DNA from: an uncultured delta proteobacterium
GTDB taxonomy: Bacteria; Desulfobacterota; Binatia; Bin18
Assembly (NCBI GenBank): GCA_963733195.1
Contig: CAVTCR010000018.1
Location: 29,806 to 93,805 of the forward strand
Length of the DNA: 64,000 nucleotides
Direction of reading: 5' to 3'
Position numbers and translations under genes: made by a program. The notes below the pieces were generated by a model that was given only the letters and a program-made list of their open reading frames with translations, ran no database searches and had not been told where the DNA came from. Position 1 is the stretch's first letter; every line of letters begins with the position of its first letter. Below are positions 9,414 through 20,275 of the stretch, piece after piece.

Positions 9414-9985
9414 CTACCACTGACCAAGGTCGATGACGAGCGGTGTCACCGTCGGATCGTGATAGGGACCGTACACGCGGAACGGTAGCGTGGTCAGCAT
9501 TTCTGCGCCACGGGCAAGTAATTGTCCCGCGAGCGGAACCTTCGCCACACTACTCGTGATCCCATGGAGTGGCATGAACGAGGTCTTCAAGTCGAGCGTG
9601 TGCTGGCCCAGATCGATTTCGCCTGTAGCCTCAATACGGACGGAGTTACTCGCAAGAGACAAATTCGGAGTTACGGCCACTCCGTTCCCAAAAACAAAAT
9701 CCCCAGCAAGCGACGAAAACGCCAGGCCGTCGTTTGGTAGACGTGGCAGTTGAAAACTCAGTAGCTCTTGTAGACTCACGGCAGACCATAATCGCACCAA
9801 CATCGGTATTTGTTGAGCCATTCCATCAGCAATTGCAGCTGAACAGAGCCATGCCAAGCGACTTGCCGCTGATCAAGCTGCGATGACCATGTCGGAGCAA
9901 CGGCCCGAAGCTCAATCGTCTCAAGTTCTCCTTCGCTGCCACCAGTGCGACGGAAAATCGCAACCAACACCACATGCACGTTCAC
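9414..9985 (-). CDS. AsmA-like C-terminal domain protein (short, frameshifted)
   Basis: GLAFSSLAGDF.FGNG, ATGEIDL, VAKVPLAG and FRVYGPYHDPTV are typical of AsmA_2/YhdP C-termini. Confidence 0.65.
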
Positions 9986-9986
9986 C

Positions 9987-10889
9987 TCAGAATTTCGCTT
10001 CGTCTGGCCGAGCAGCAGGATCGGCAAGGAACTCTCGCAATACGCGGACATACGTTTCACCACCAGCCTCATGCAGGTTGTTGTGCCCGGCACCCTCGAT
10101 CGCGTAGAATCGCTTCGGTTGCGGTGCCAAGGCATACAACGCTTGTCCTTGATGAAACGGAACCGTCCAGTCTTCTGTGCCGTGGATAATTAACAGCGGA
10201 GAGGGGAACCGTTCGACTAAGCGAGCAGAATTCAGATCCTGATCCACAAGAAAAGCAAGCGGTGGTAACCGGAGCTCCCCCATGGCGCGTAAAGAGAGAA
10301 AGGGCGCAAGGAGAACAGCATGGCTCGGTGGGGTTTCCAGTGCAAGCGTTACCACCACTGCCGCCCCTAGTGACTCGCCAAGATACACCACCGGTCGGCC
10401 TGCAATCCAGCCGCGCTGCTGCGCACAGGCAATCGCTGCACGACCGTCATCTAGAATACCGGGAATAGACGGTTTCCCTCGGCTCTTACCAAAACCTTGA
10501 TAGTCAAACACAAAGTGACTGCCCCCCACGCGATTGTGCAGGAGGCGAAGATGGGCAAGACGATGACCAATGTTTCCTGCGTTGCCATGGAACCAGATAA
10601 ACAACGGGTCCGCCGTACCTGTAGGCGTCTGACGGCTTGGCACATACCATCCATGGAGCAAGCGACCGTCGGCTCCGCCAAACCACACTTCCTCATACGG
10701 CAATCCGTATGCCGCAGGTGAAGTATCGACCTTTGTATTTGGATGAAAGACAAAGGTATTCTTGAGCCAGTCGATCGGAGAGGTCAGTAACGAACCGAGC
10801 AGCGCACTGACCGAGGCCCAACCGATTTTCCAATTTACCGTGTTTGCGTCACTCATCATTGGCTTGATAATGTCACGAGCTTCATTCAT
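9987..10889 (-). CDS. Alpha/beta hydrolase (Bem46/ABHD13/YfhR-like)
   Basis: Motifs FHGNAGNI, FDYQGFGKS, GESLG nucleophile, IHGTED and GAGHNN. Confidence 0.9.
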   Translation of the reverse strand: MNEARDIIKPMMSDANTVNWKIGWASVSALLGSLLTSPIDWLKNTFVFHPNTKVDTSPAAYGLPYEEVWFGGADGRLLHGWYVPSRQTPTGTADPLFIWFHGNAGNIGHRLAHLRLLHNRVGGSHFVFDYQGFGKSRGKPSIPGILDDGRAAIACAQQRGWIAGRPVVYLGESLGAAVVVTLALETPPSHAVLLAPFLSLRAMGELRLPPLAFLVDQDLNSARLVERFPSPLLIIHGTEDWTVPFHQGQALYALAPQPKRFYAIEGAGHNNLHEAGGETYVRVLREFLADPAARPDEAKF

Positions 10890-10957
10890 TCTGCAGACTC
10901 ACGTCGTCCTAAGAATTATAGCGACGTCAGAAAAATTTCGCAGCAAGGAGGGGTGCC

Positions 10958-11839
10958 ATGTCGAATAAAGTTATCATCGAAGTACGGATTAATGAATATG
11001 CAATGCGCGACGCGAATCCTAACGTACCATATTCACCAGAAGAAATTTCTACCCAGGCATTAGAATGTTGGCGCGAAGGCGCATCGATCATTCACTATCA
11101 TGCTCGTGATTCCAAGACCGGCGCTCCAGCTTCGGACGCGAAGCTCTACGCTGACACCGTTCGTCGTATCAAAGAAAAAAGCGACGTTATTACGATGCCC
11201 ACGTTGGGTGCATGGTGGCTACCGTCGGTAGAGGCTCGTATCGCTCACATCGTCGAGATGGCCAAGGATCCCATGACCAGGCCAGACTTCGGACCGATCG
11301 ACATGGCAACTAGTAACGTCGATACCTACGATCCGCATGCACAACGCTTTAAGACCAATGAAACTGTCTATGTGAATACGACCAAAACCTGGCAGTTCTT
11401 TGCTGAAACCATGAAGTCGGTCGGCGTCAAACCTATCCAAGCATTGTGGAATGTGTCTTCGATTCGCGCAACCCAAGCATTTGTTGATATGGGCATCTTT
11501 ACCGAACCGGTCTATTGCGAACTCGTACTGACAGAAGACTGGTTGCTCAGCGGCCATCCCGGAACGGTCAAAGGTATGCAAGCATTTTTGGATTTCCTTC
11601 CGCAGAAACAGAACTGGCAGTGGTCGGTGTTGTGTGTCGGCGGCAACCTCTTTCCACTGGTCGCCGCGGCAATTGAGCGTGGAGGACACGTCTCGATCGG
11701 CCTGGGTGATTACCCGTACCCTGAGTTAGAGCGGCCCACGAATGCTCGCCTCGTCGCCCGCGTAGCTCAAATTGCACGGGAGATGGGACGTGAAGTTGCG
11801 ACGCCACAAGAAGCACGAGCAATGCTAGGACTGAAATAA
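10958..11839 (+). CDS. Beta-keto acid cleavage enzyme family (BKACE/Kce, DUF849)
   Basis: Motifs NPNVPYSPEEI, GASIIHYHARD, GGHVSIGLGD and REVATPQEAR. Confidence 0.9.
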   Translation: MSNKVIIEVRINEYAMRDANPNVPYSPEEISTQALECWREGASIIHYHARDSKTGAPASDAKLYADTVRRIKEKSDVITMPTLGAWWLPSVEARIAHIVEMAKDPMTRPDFGPIDMATSNVDTYDPHAQRFKTNETVYVNTTKTWQFFAETMKSVGVKPIQALWNVSSIRATQAFVDMGIFTEPVYCELVLTEDWLLSGHPGTVKGMQAFLDFLPQKQNWQWSVLCVGGNLFPLVAAAIERGGHVSIGLGDYPYPELERPTNARLVARVAQIAREMGREVATPQEARAMLGLK

Positions 11840-11851
11840 GAGGATGACGAC

Positions 11852-11925
11852 ATGGAATAGCTCACAGGAAAAGTCGCGGTCATCACTAGTGGTGCGAGCG
11901 GCATCGGCTTTGCCACTATCAATTC
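11852..11925 (+). pseudogene. N-terminal relic of a short-chain dehydrogenase
   Basis: Reads ME*LTGKVAVITSGASGIGFAT, the SDR TGxxxGIG motif, with an internal stop and then truncation. Confidence 0.65.
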
Positions 11926-11974
11926 GTCAACGGTTTGAACGCGTCGACAAGACGTTTGAAAAATAGAGGGCATC

Positions 11975-12514
11975 ATGAAAGGAATCGAAACGATTACTCC
12001 CCATCCGATCGTGCAAATGTGTTGGATGGTCGACGACATGGAAACAGCCGCAATGCAATGGGTACAAACGATGGGGGCTGGTCCGTTCTTCTTGCTCCCA
12101 CACATCCAGTTAGACGAACTCACTTATCGCGGCAAACCCGCAAAACTCGATCAGTCCTCCGCTGTCGGCCAATGGGGAGCAGTTCAAGTCGAATTATTTC
12201 AGCAACATTGCAACAATCCCTCCGGAGCCCGCGAGATGTTTGCGCCGGGACAGACTGGTCTTCAACATATCACCTGGTTTGCTAATGATATTGACGCTGA
12301 AACACGGCGACTAAATGTGCTCGGATTCGACACCGTGATGACGTGCCGCTTACCAGCCGTGGGTGGTTTGCGTTTAGCCTGGTACGACACCAGAAAAGTG
12401 TTCGGCGCGATGGTCGAAGTGTACGAAGAAGGCGACCTCATGCGCCGTTTTTATAGTCGAGTCGCTCGTGCTGCGGAAGGATGGAATGGAGAGAATCCCG
12501 TGCGATCGTTGTAG
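11975..12514 (+). CDS. VOC family protein (methylmalonyl-CoA epimerase-like)
   Basis: Motifs QMCWMVDDME, GAGPFF, QVELFQQ, GLQHI and YDTR..FGAMVEV. Confidence 0.8.
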   Translation: MKGIETITPHPIVQMCWMVDDMETAAMQWVQTMGAGPFFLLPHIQLDELTYRGKPAKLDQSSAVGQWGAVQVELFQQHCNNPSGAREMFAPGQTGLQHITWFANDIDAETRRLNVLGFDTVMTCRLPAVGGLRLAWYDTRKVFGAMVEVYEEGDLMRRFYSRVARAAEGWNGENPVRSL

Positions 12515-12547
12515 CAAACTGACCAGCAATACGATTGTTATAATTAT

Positions 12548-13913
12548 GGGTCTTCTGGGGGACGTGTGGGTAATTTACGTGGTTGAATAGGGCTGTACTC
12601 CGCATGGATATTGGCTTGCAAGTATTTTCTAGTGCGCTCGGAATTGGCATCCTGGGCGCATGGCTACCTCAACGAAACGAAAGCGGCGGCTCGTGGATGC
12701 GTATGCCTTCCCGGGTTTTCGTCCGCCCCCCGCGATACGCGGGATCTTTGGCGATCCGAAGGCGTGCGTTATTGATCTGGTCCGGCGGTCAAAAAAACAG
12801 CCTGCGGTTGCTGTGGTCGGATTTACAGGGGGTGGTACGATCGCCGCACCCGGCGCGTGCGCGATCTGTCCTGTGGCGATCGCCGCGTCTACCTGGAATT
12901 CGAGGTTCGGCGTGTGCAGTGCAAGAGCTGCGGCACGGTGAAGCGCGAACGGCTCGATTTTCTGGCCGCCAACCCCTTCTATACCCAGCGCTTCGCTCAC
13001 TACGTCGGCAAACGATGTCGCTCGGCGACGATCAAAGAGATTGCCGAGGAACTGCACCTGGATTGGGACACGGTCAAGGCGCTGGAGAAGCAGTACATGA
13101 CGGCGCAAGTGGCCAAGGCCGGAACGCCCGGGCCGCAGGTGATCGGCATCGACGAGATCGCGATTCGCAAAGGTCACACCTACCGCATCGTGGTGAGCGA
13201 TTTGATCCGACGGCGAGCGATCTGGTTTGGCGGCGAGGATCGCTCGGAAGCGAGCATGAGGCAGTTCTACGAGTGGCTTGGCCAGAGGAAGGCTGCGGGG
13301 ATTCGGCTGGCGGTGATGGACATGTGGAAGCCGTTTCGCAATGCGACTACGACGTATGCGCCGCAAGCGGCGATCCTGTTCGACAAGTTTCACATCATGT
13401 GTCATCTGGGCGACGCCCTCGACCAGGTGCGCAAGGCCGAGTATCGGCGGCTCAGTGGCAAAGACCGGCGCTACATCAAGGGGCAGAAATATACGCTGCT
13501 CTCGCATCGAGAGAATTTGACAAGCGCCGCGCGGCAAAGCTTGAAGGTCCTGCTCGCGGCGAACAAGCGGCTGCACACCGCCTCCTTGCTCAAGGAGTCC
13601 TTCGGCCAGCTCTGGGACTACGAGCGCGAGGGCTGGGCCCGGCGCTTCTTCGAGCACTGGCGCTGGAGAGAAAAGCAACGGATCAAATACAGAGTTGCGC
13701 GTTGATCGATCAAAATTGGATGGTATCGCCGCGTACTGCCAACCGCGAACAAGGTCTCGCTAGGCTTCGTCGAGGGGCTCAACAACAAGATTCGGGTCAT
13801 CGAGCGCCGCGCGTATGGCCTGCGCGACGAAGAGTATCTGCGCATGAAGACATCACCTTATGCTGCCGCCACTGTCAAAAATGCAATTTTACACACTCTT
13901 TTCCTAATCAACC
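12548..13913 (+). mobile_element. ISL3-family insertion sequence (transposase 12660-~13900, -1 frameshift site and later lesions)
   Basis: Zinc finger (RDLSCG...CKSCG), GIDE, DMWKPF, FDKFH and EGLNNKI motifs. Imperfect terminal IRs GGGTCTTCTGGGGGACGTGTGGGTAATT / GGTTGATTAGGAAAAGAGTGTGTAAAATT. An 8-bp TSD ATAATTAT lies at 12540-12547 and 13914-13921. Confidence 0.92.
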
Positions 13914-13924
13914 ATAATTATTAT

Positions 13925-14140
13925 CTCCTGCCCTAACGTAACAGGAAGTGCGGTCCCTCCTGAATGCAGTGCACGGAGTACTGTGGCTCATGGCCAATCT
14001 ATTCTATGGCGCCAGGGTACGCCTGATGGGATGTCTGCGGCTCCGCGTGAAAGACCTTGATTTCCACGCCAACCATGTCGTCGTCCGCGAAGGGAAAAGG
14101 GACAAGGGTCGGATCACTCTGCTCCCGGCCGTCGTTAACC
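13925..14140 (+). pseudogene. Integron integrase (IntI-like) internal fragment
   Basis: LT*QEVRSLL...LFYGARVRLMGCLRLRVKDLDF...VVREGKRDKGRITLLP matches the IntI box I region in degraded form. Confidence 0.75.
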
Positions 14141-14189
14141 GTGCACCGCATTCGCGTTCCCGCTTGGCCCGCAAGGCGGATTAAACCCT

Positions 14190-14296
14190 TAGAATTCTCC
14201 CTGGAACCTTGGTATCGCGAAGCCCGTGTCCGCCGCATTGGCGAAGGTCCATCAGAAGTGCATCGGATGGTGATTGCACGGGCGTTGTTCAGATGA
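14190..14296 (+). pseudogene. C-terminal relic of an acyl-CoA dehydrogenase
   Basis: Reads LEPWYREARVRRIGEGPSEVHRMVIARAL. Confidence 0.65.
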
Positions 14297-14349
14297 GGAA
14301 CAGTACACACAAAGGCTACGCCGCCTAACGTTCTGGAAGTCGGTGAAGT

Positions 14350-14843
14350 TACGTAGAGAACATTTTCTTGAAGAACTTTTTCCATAAACACTGTGCCTGG
14401 GCCGTCGTTATAACGTTCGATGAAATAAAAGCCGAGCTTGTGATAAAGCTTCATCGCCTGCGCCTGTACCTGCGCATCGGCAACTTCAAACCTGGCACGC
14501 TGATATCCTTTTGCCGTAGCGAAATCGATCAGTCGCTCCATCAGTAACCTACCGAGGCCTTGCCCGCGATAATCTTTGTAGAACCACAGACGCTTCAATT
14601 CGCAAATGTTCTCCTTGCCAGTGTCGCATGCCCAAAGTACCCACCACTCGGTCACCGTCAAGAACGACAAGGAACATGCCATTCTGCTTGAAATAATAGT
14701 TTTCAATATCTTCGAAATCAGCAAAGGGATCGATGTTGTAAAACGACTTCTTCCGATACTCCCCACAGTTCTTGACAAACAGTGAGAAGGACTTGTTTCG
14801 CCGCTTGATGTTGATGAGGTTGAATTGGTTGTATTGTGATCAT
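14350..14843 (-). CDS. GNAT acetyltransferase (frameshifted; 3' end approximate)
   Basis: Motifs CELKRLWF..DYRGQGLGR.L and AMKLYHKLGF; start MITIQPIQ with an AGGAGG RBS. Confidence 0.75.
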
Positions 14844-14965
14844 AGACGGAGACCTCCTTCCTGGAAAGCAGTCAAATCAGCTTACAAACCAGTATGACGC
14901 ACTACTTGAATTCCACCTGTTTATGGTGATCGGAAAGACACGGTCCATCTTTAGCGGTGCACCAC

Positions 14966-14999
14966 AATCAGTGACAAATTTTCATATTTGTCACTGATT
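14966..14999. promoter_or_regulatory. Perfect 14-bp inverted repeat in the divergent intergenic region
   Basis: AATCAGTGACAAAT-N6-ATTTGTCACTGATT. Confidence 0.5.
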
Positions 15000-15096
15000 T
15001 TTCCATAGAGGCTAAAGATTACTTTCCTAACACCGATCGTCAATTTTGAGCGAGGAAGTCAGGGGGCGTTAGTCTCGCTCAAATTCAACACTAGGT

Positions 15097-16060
15097 GTGA
15101 TAATGCAATCCGCACTCTCAGTGACTCATCCATCCGACTATACACTCTGGGAATGGCTTCGCGGGCTCTATCGTTTCAGCCGACCGGAATCCACGCTGGG
15201 TAGTGCAATCATGAGCGTAGCGATTTCCTTAGCGTTACTTCCGGCAGTACCCTACGAACCTATCGCATTCACCAAGATCGCTTGCTGCGTTCTCTCGTTG
15301 AGTCTGTGGACCATTGCCTGCCACGGCATCAATCAGATCTACGACTTACCAGTAGATCGCATCAACAAACCTGATTTCCCTCTGCCTTCAGGCGTAATGA
15401 CAGTGAGACAAGCGTGGGCAGTGAGTCTGGCATCTGGCATTGTCGGATCACTGTTGGCCTGGTGGGCAATGCCATGGTGGCTTGCATTGAGTTTTGTTGG
15501 ATCCATGACATGGGTGTCTCTCGTGTATTCCGTCCCACGTTTTGGTAGCCGTACCGTGCGACAAAGCCCATGGCTACCCAAGCTCCTCGTTATCTGTTTT
15601 CGAGCGATAGTGTATCCCGCGACCACGTTTCTGACCGTGTGGTACCTCGCACCTGCCCAATCCCTCGGGTTAGTATATCTGGCGTTTATTCTTACCTTTG
15701 CCGTACTCTTCTGCGTCGGCATGAACACTTTTGAGGACATCCCCGATATGCGGGGCGACCGGGAGGGGGGGTATCGCAGTTTTGCGCTCGTCTTAGGAGC
15801 AACCAAGACCGCTTGCATCTGCCTTGCTGCATTTGTCACCGCATTCCTCGGCCTCGCGATTTGGATTTATGCTTTTCCGCAGCTCTTTCGCGTAGGCCGG
15901 GGCTTGCCGTTGAAGCACTCTTACTCCTCGTCTTTGTCGTCGAGTTTTCCGGCTGCTACGTTCAGAGTTACGTTCGGACGGTGCCGGCGCCAAGCCGTTT
16001 TATACGTTCCTTTGGCGATTATATGCACTTCAATACGTTGCACTTATTATCATATTTGCT
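15097..16060 (+). CDS. UbiA-superfamily prenyltransferase, homogentisate phytyl/solanesyltransferase-like (3' frameshifts; end approximate)
   Basis: YRFSRP, NQIYDLPVDRINKP.FPLPSG (NQxxDxxxD) and EDIPDMRGD (KDxxDxxGD-like) motifs; multiple TM helices. Confidence 0.8.
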
Positions 16061-16159
16061 CCTATACAGAGTCCTGGCAGCATAGAAGAGTAAGAGTACA
16101 TTATCCATTCTCATTAACAGTGAGAGTAATGGCATGCTCCTGAGATTAAATTCTATAAG

Positions 16160-19100
16160 TTAAAAATCATTGACGATGGACGGAGCAATCAACTGTCTTC
16201 TGTCGAAGACCTTCCGCCTTGGAGCCTTCTCATCCAGCTCTTTAATTAACGCTTTTGCCTCTCGTAAGTCGGCAGTAGCAAAGCCTTCACGGAACCAATT
16301 GTAGGAGCTTTCTACCAATCGCTGAGCCTCTTGCTCTCTCCCTTGTTTTTTCCGCAACCGCGCCAGGCTGATAGCTGCCCGTAATTCCAGCGACTTCGCT
16401 TCTTGGCGCAGGCGACATCAAGGGCTCGTTGCAAACAACCTTCTGACTGTGACTTGTTAACCCGCGAGATAGATTGCAATTGCCTTGCTTTACCTTTAAG
16501 TTTGGTGCGTTTCTCTTCTTGATTTTTACTTTTCTGTTGAAGCAACAGTTCTCCCGTAAGTCGATGCAACTCGGCGTTCCACCAGCGGTCGCCGGTCCGA
16601 GCGGCAAGTGAAAATGCTTCACTCAAGACTTTAATTCCTGTCTCAGTGTCCCCGTCTCTTCCGCACGACTCGGCATGTAAAGAAAGATAATAAGACAACA
16701 AAATCTCCGCGCCCACCGCACGCCAGGAAGCAATTCCCTGACTGGATCGATGCAATTCCGTCCCTGAGCGTTCCCCTGAGTGGCTATTGCCCATCCTCGC
16801 AAAATCTCGCCCATACTTTTCCAAAGCGGAAAACTATGCTCAAGCGAAACGGTAATAGCCTGCCTCAGCTCGCAGTTGAGTCAGTTGCGGCTCTCCTCGA
16901 AGCTGATGGAGGCCCGCCCGCAAAACGAATGCATACGCTGAGCTATACGGATGAGCGCGTTTTTCAGCTAAGGTAAGAGCTTCCTCGCTCGTGGCTAACG
17001 CTTGATCTGGATAACCAAGAAACCAGAGAACATACGAGGCCCGAGAGAGACACGCTACACCAGGGTCCTGGCCATACACGGGAGCATGCGCATGGTGCTT
17101 CTGTGGATCATACAGGCTTCGACCTAGGTTCAGATGCTGCAAGCGCTGGTGAACTCACCCATGCTCGACAACCTCCCACCTAACGCTTGGTGAGCCTCTA
17201 GTAGCAGCGCTTGATCATTCTCCTCCTGTGCCACTTGCAGGAGCTGTTCTCCTAAATCACGGGCGGTCGCTAATTCCGCCCGAACGTAATAGAACGCGGC
17301 AAGGCCCCGGAGCACAGGAACAAGTTGCGGAGTTTGTCCGATCTGTTGACATAATTCGCGCGCACGGTCGTAGGCCTGCTTGGCTTCTGGGTCGGCATAG
17401 CCTTTGGTCGTCATCAATGCCACACCCAGGCCGATCTGGCATCTGAGTTCAAGATGCTTCCGCTCTAGTGTGTCAGTGAAAGTTTGCAGTAGCCCCAGTG
17501 CCCTGGTCAAATAGCGAATGCATTCAGGATAGGCAAATCGCTGTGTCGCCTGCTCTGCGGCTTGCTGCAAATACGCTACAGCACGGTGGAAGTCTCGTCC
17601 ATGTTCGAAGTGCAGTGCTAGCTCCGCAGCAATTTCTCCGGTGCGATCACAATAGCCCTGTTCAAGTCGCTCACCAATCCGTTGATGAAACTGTATCCGT
17701 TTTCCTGGTGTCAGCCTGCTGTACGACACCTCGTGATACAAGGTATGAATGAATTCATAACGTGCAGTGACTGTTCCATCCGGCCACGCGCGGAGTCTCT
17801 GTCTCTTGAATGAACTGACTCTGCCGCATGAGATCAGCACAACGCTCCTCAATCTCGAGCGGATCTCTGCCAGTGGCCGCTGCAATCACTGTAGAAGAAA
17901 ACTCACGGCCTTCGACACTTGCCGCTTCAAGAATCTGCCGGTCATCAACACTGAGGCGATCGAGTTTCTCCTCAATGGCTTGATGCAAGCTTTCCGGCAT
18001 GTGGAGATCTTCGACGTTCAACGACAACTTCCAACGTCCGCCTTTTTCGACCATCTGTTCGCGTAACATGTTCACCATATTCACCATGAACAGGGCATTT
18101 CCCTCGGTGCGACGATGGACCAGATCGGTTAACTCTGCCGAGAACACTTTTTCGAGAAGGTGCTTCCCTACATAAGTAGCAACCTCTTCCTTGTTCAACA
18201 GTGCCAGTGACAACTCTTCACACTGGTGGCGTACCTGCATTTCGCGCTTAATCTTTTTCAGCGGATGCCCAGTTGTCAGATCCGCAGGACGATAGGTACC
18301 AATCACCATCAACCGTATACGCTCTTGTCGTTGAGCCAAGTAAGCCAGCAGCTCCAGGGTCGAATAATCGCTCCAATGCAGATCTTCAAGTACCAAGATA
18401 AAGACAGTTTCATTGGTCAGGGCTTCGAGCGCATCCGCCATCTCCCGGAGCATACGTTGCTGGTTCGCACCCTGGATGCGCTGCTGCAAGCTTGCAACCT
18501 CCGCACTACTCAACAATGCAGGCATTTGGATCATCCAGGTGGGAGCATAGCGGCTCAGAAGTGCAGCTATCGGAGCCCCTCCTGGGTCACGGCACAAGCG
18601 ACCAAGTGCTTCTAAGATAGGCAAATAGGATTCACCCTCTCCATACTGCTCTAAGCATTGGCCGCGTCCGATCCGCACGCGCCTATCTGTCCGAACACGT
18701 GCTAAGAACATCTCGACTAGCGTCGTTTTGCCGATCCCAGGTTCCCCAGTGACAAACACGATCTGCCGCATGTTACGCCGCGCCTTGCCAAACCACTCGT
18801 CCAGTTGCTCAAGCTCATCCCTACGCCCAACGATATGCTCAAAGCCTTCACCAAGCTCCTTCTTGGTTGACAAAGCCTTCCCCTCCACCATTGGCCCGAT
18901 ATAGCGATACCCCTTTCGTCCTATAGTTTCGACGTATTGCGGGACCTTCGCATCATCCCCCAAGGCTTGGCGGATCTCACGGATGCAGACTCTGAGCACA
19001 ATATCAGTGACATACGCCCCTGCCCAAACGTACTTCAAGACTTGTGTTTTTGTGAGAGTATCGGGAGCGTGTTCGACCAACATTTGTAATACCTCTACCG

Positions 19101-19200
19101 ACGTTCGTCGTAAGGGTAATTGCTGATCTTCACGCCAGATATGTTTCTTTTCCGTGTCCAAGCGGAAAGGGCCAAAAGTGAGCTGAGAAACTCGTTCCAT
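16160..19200 (-). CDS. Winged-helix (Trans_reg_C) + AAA ATPase + TPR (STAND-type) transcriptional regulator, several frameshifts
   Basis: FGPFRLD...VETIGRKGYRY wHTH, Walker A GEPGIGKT, Walker B LEDLHWSD, TEGNALF, TPR region and C-terminal WFREGFATADL. Confidence 0.85.
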
Positions 19201-19219
19201 GTTCAATACTATAGCAAAC

Positions 19220-19267
19220 TGAACCAATCTGAACAGAAAGGTGAACAGTTCAGGGCTAAAGATGAAC
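19220..19267. promoter_or_regulatory. TGAAC direct repeats (candidate wHTH regulator binding sites)
   Basis: TGAAC occurs at 19220, 19230, 19242 and 19263, just upstream of the regulator start and divergent from the methyltransferase. Confidence 0.45.
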
Positions 19268-19384
19268 CAGTTACTTCTTTAAGGTGTTCTTGTGCAAAGA
19301 GCCTTCTAAGCTTTCGATTGGGAGAATGTAATGTTGTTGATTTCACGTCAATAACGCAGAAGACTTCCTCATAGGATAGTACAT

Positions 19385-20275
19385 ATGAGCCCTCAACCAC
19401 AAACTTTCGCAGCTTCACCAAACCTCTACCTCTCTCGTAGCTCAGACTTGCAGTCTGCCCTGACCAATACGTTTCGCGTTGCCCCTGATTCCTACACCAA
19501 GGACTGGATGGAATTCGATCCCACGGCCTATCTCAACGAATACTATTCTGACCTCGGCGAGGAAAATCTTGCAATTTTACAATTCTATGCTGACGTATTC
19601 CACGAGATGGACCAGAAAAGTACGATGCTCGACTTTGGGAGCGGTCCGACAATTTACTCTCTCATTTCAGCTGTTACGAAAATCAGAGAAATACAGATAG
19701 TTGAATATCTTGAAGCAAACCGCCTCGAACTCCGCAAATGGCTAACAAGAGATAACACCGCCTTCAACTGGCTCCCGTTCATCAAGAAAACTATCGAGTT
19801 AGAGCAAAAGGGGTGGTGCTCTGAGTTCGATCTTGCCCGTCGGGAGGCACAAATTCGTCATCATGTCACGGCAATTGGTCGCTGTGACGTCCGTCAGACG
19901 CCCCCGTTCGTCGGCGGACGACAAACGTATGATGTCGTCGTCTCCAATTTTTGCGCAGAATCTATCACTGACTCGTACGAAGAGTGGAAATTCTTTCTGA
20001 GGAATATCGCTTCGCTCGTCAAAGTCGGCGGTACCTTCATAATAACTACTCTGAAGAGAGCAACGAGCTACTCAGTCGGTTCTCGACGGTTTCCGGCTGT
20101 CAGTATTGATGAAGCGGACTTAACCTGTGCCCTGGCCGAGATGGGATTCTCTCCTGCGAGTCTCGAGATTCGCAGTGTACCAGCAGACCGCCCTAGCCGT
20201 CATTACCAAGGGCTCATGCTTGCAACTGCCGTGAAACACGATACTAAGCTAACAAGAGCGAGGCATTATGTCTGA
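19385..20275 (+). CDS. NNMT/PNMT/TEMT-family SAM-dependent methyltransferase
   Basis: FDPTAYLNEYY, LDFGSGPTIY, NRLELRKWL...AFNW, CDV, FCAES and SYSVG..RFP are all hallmarks of the NNMT/PNMT family. Confidence 0.88.
   Translation: MSPQPQTFAASPNLYLSRSSDLQSALTNTFRVAPDSYTKDWMEFDPTAYLNEYYSDLGEENLAILQFYADVFHEMDQKSTMLDFGSGPTIYSLISAVTKIREIQIVEYLEANRLELRKWLTRDNTAFNWLPFIKKTIELEQKGWCSEFDLARREAQIRHHVTAIGRCDVRQTPPFVGGRQTYDVVVSNFCAESITDSYEEWKFFLRNIASLVKVGGTFIITTLKRATSYSVGSRRFPAVSIDEADLTCALAEMGFSPASLEIRSVPADRPSRHYQGLMLATAVKHDTKLTRARHYV

Noticed and set aside
12583-13917. 444-aa and 349-aa ORFs overlapping ISL3
   Set aside because: These are alternative-frame and antisense shadows of the transposase; only the last part of the plus ORF carries real transposase sequence after a frameshift.
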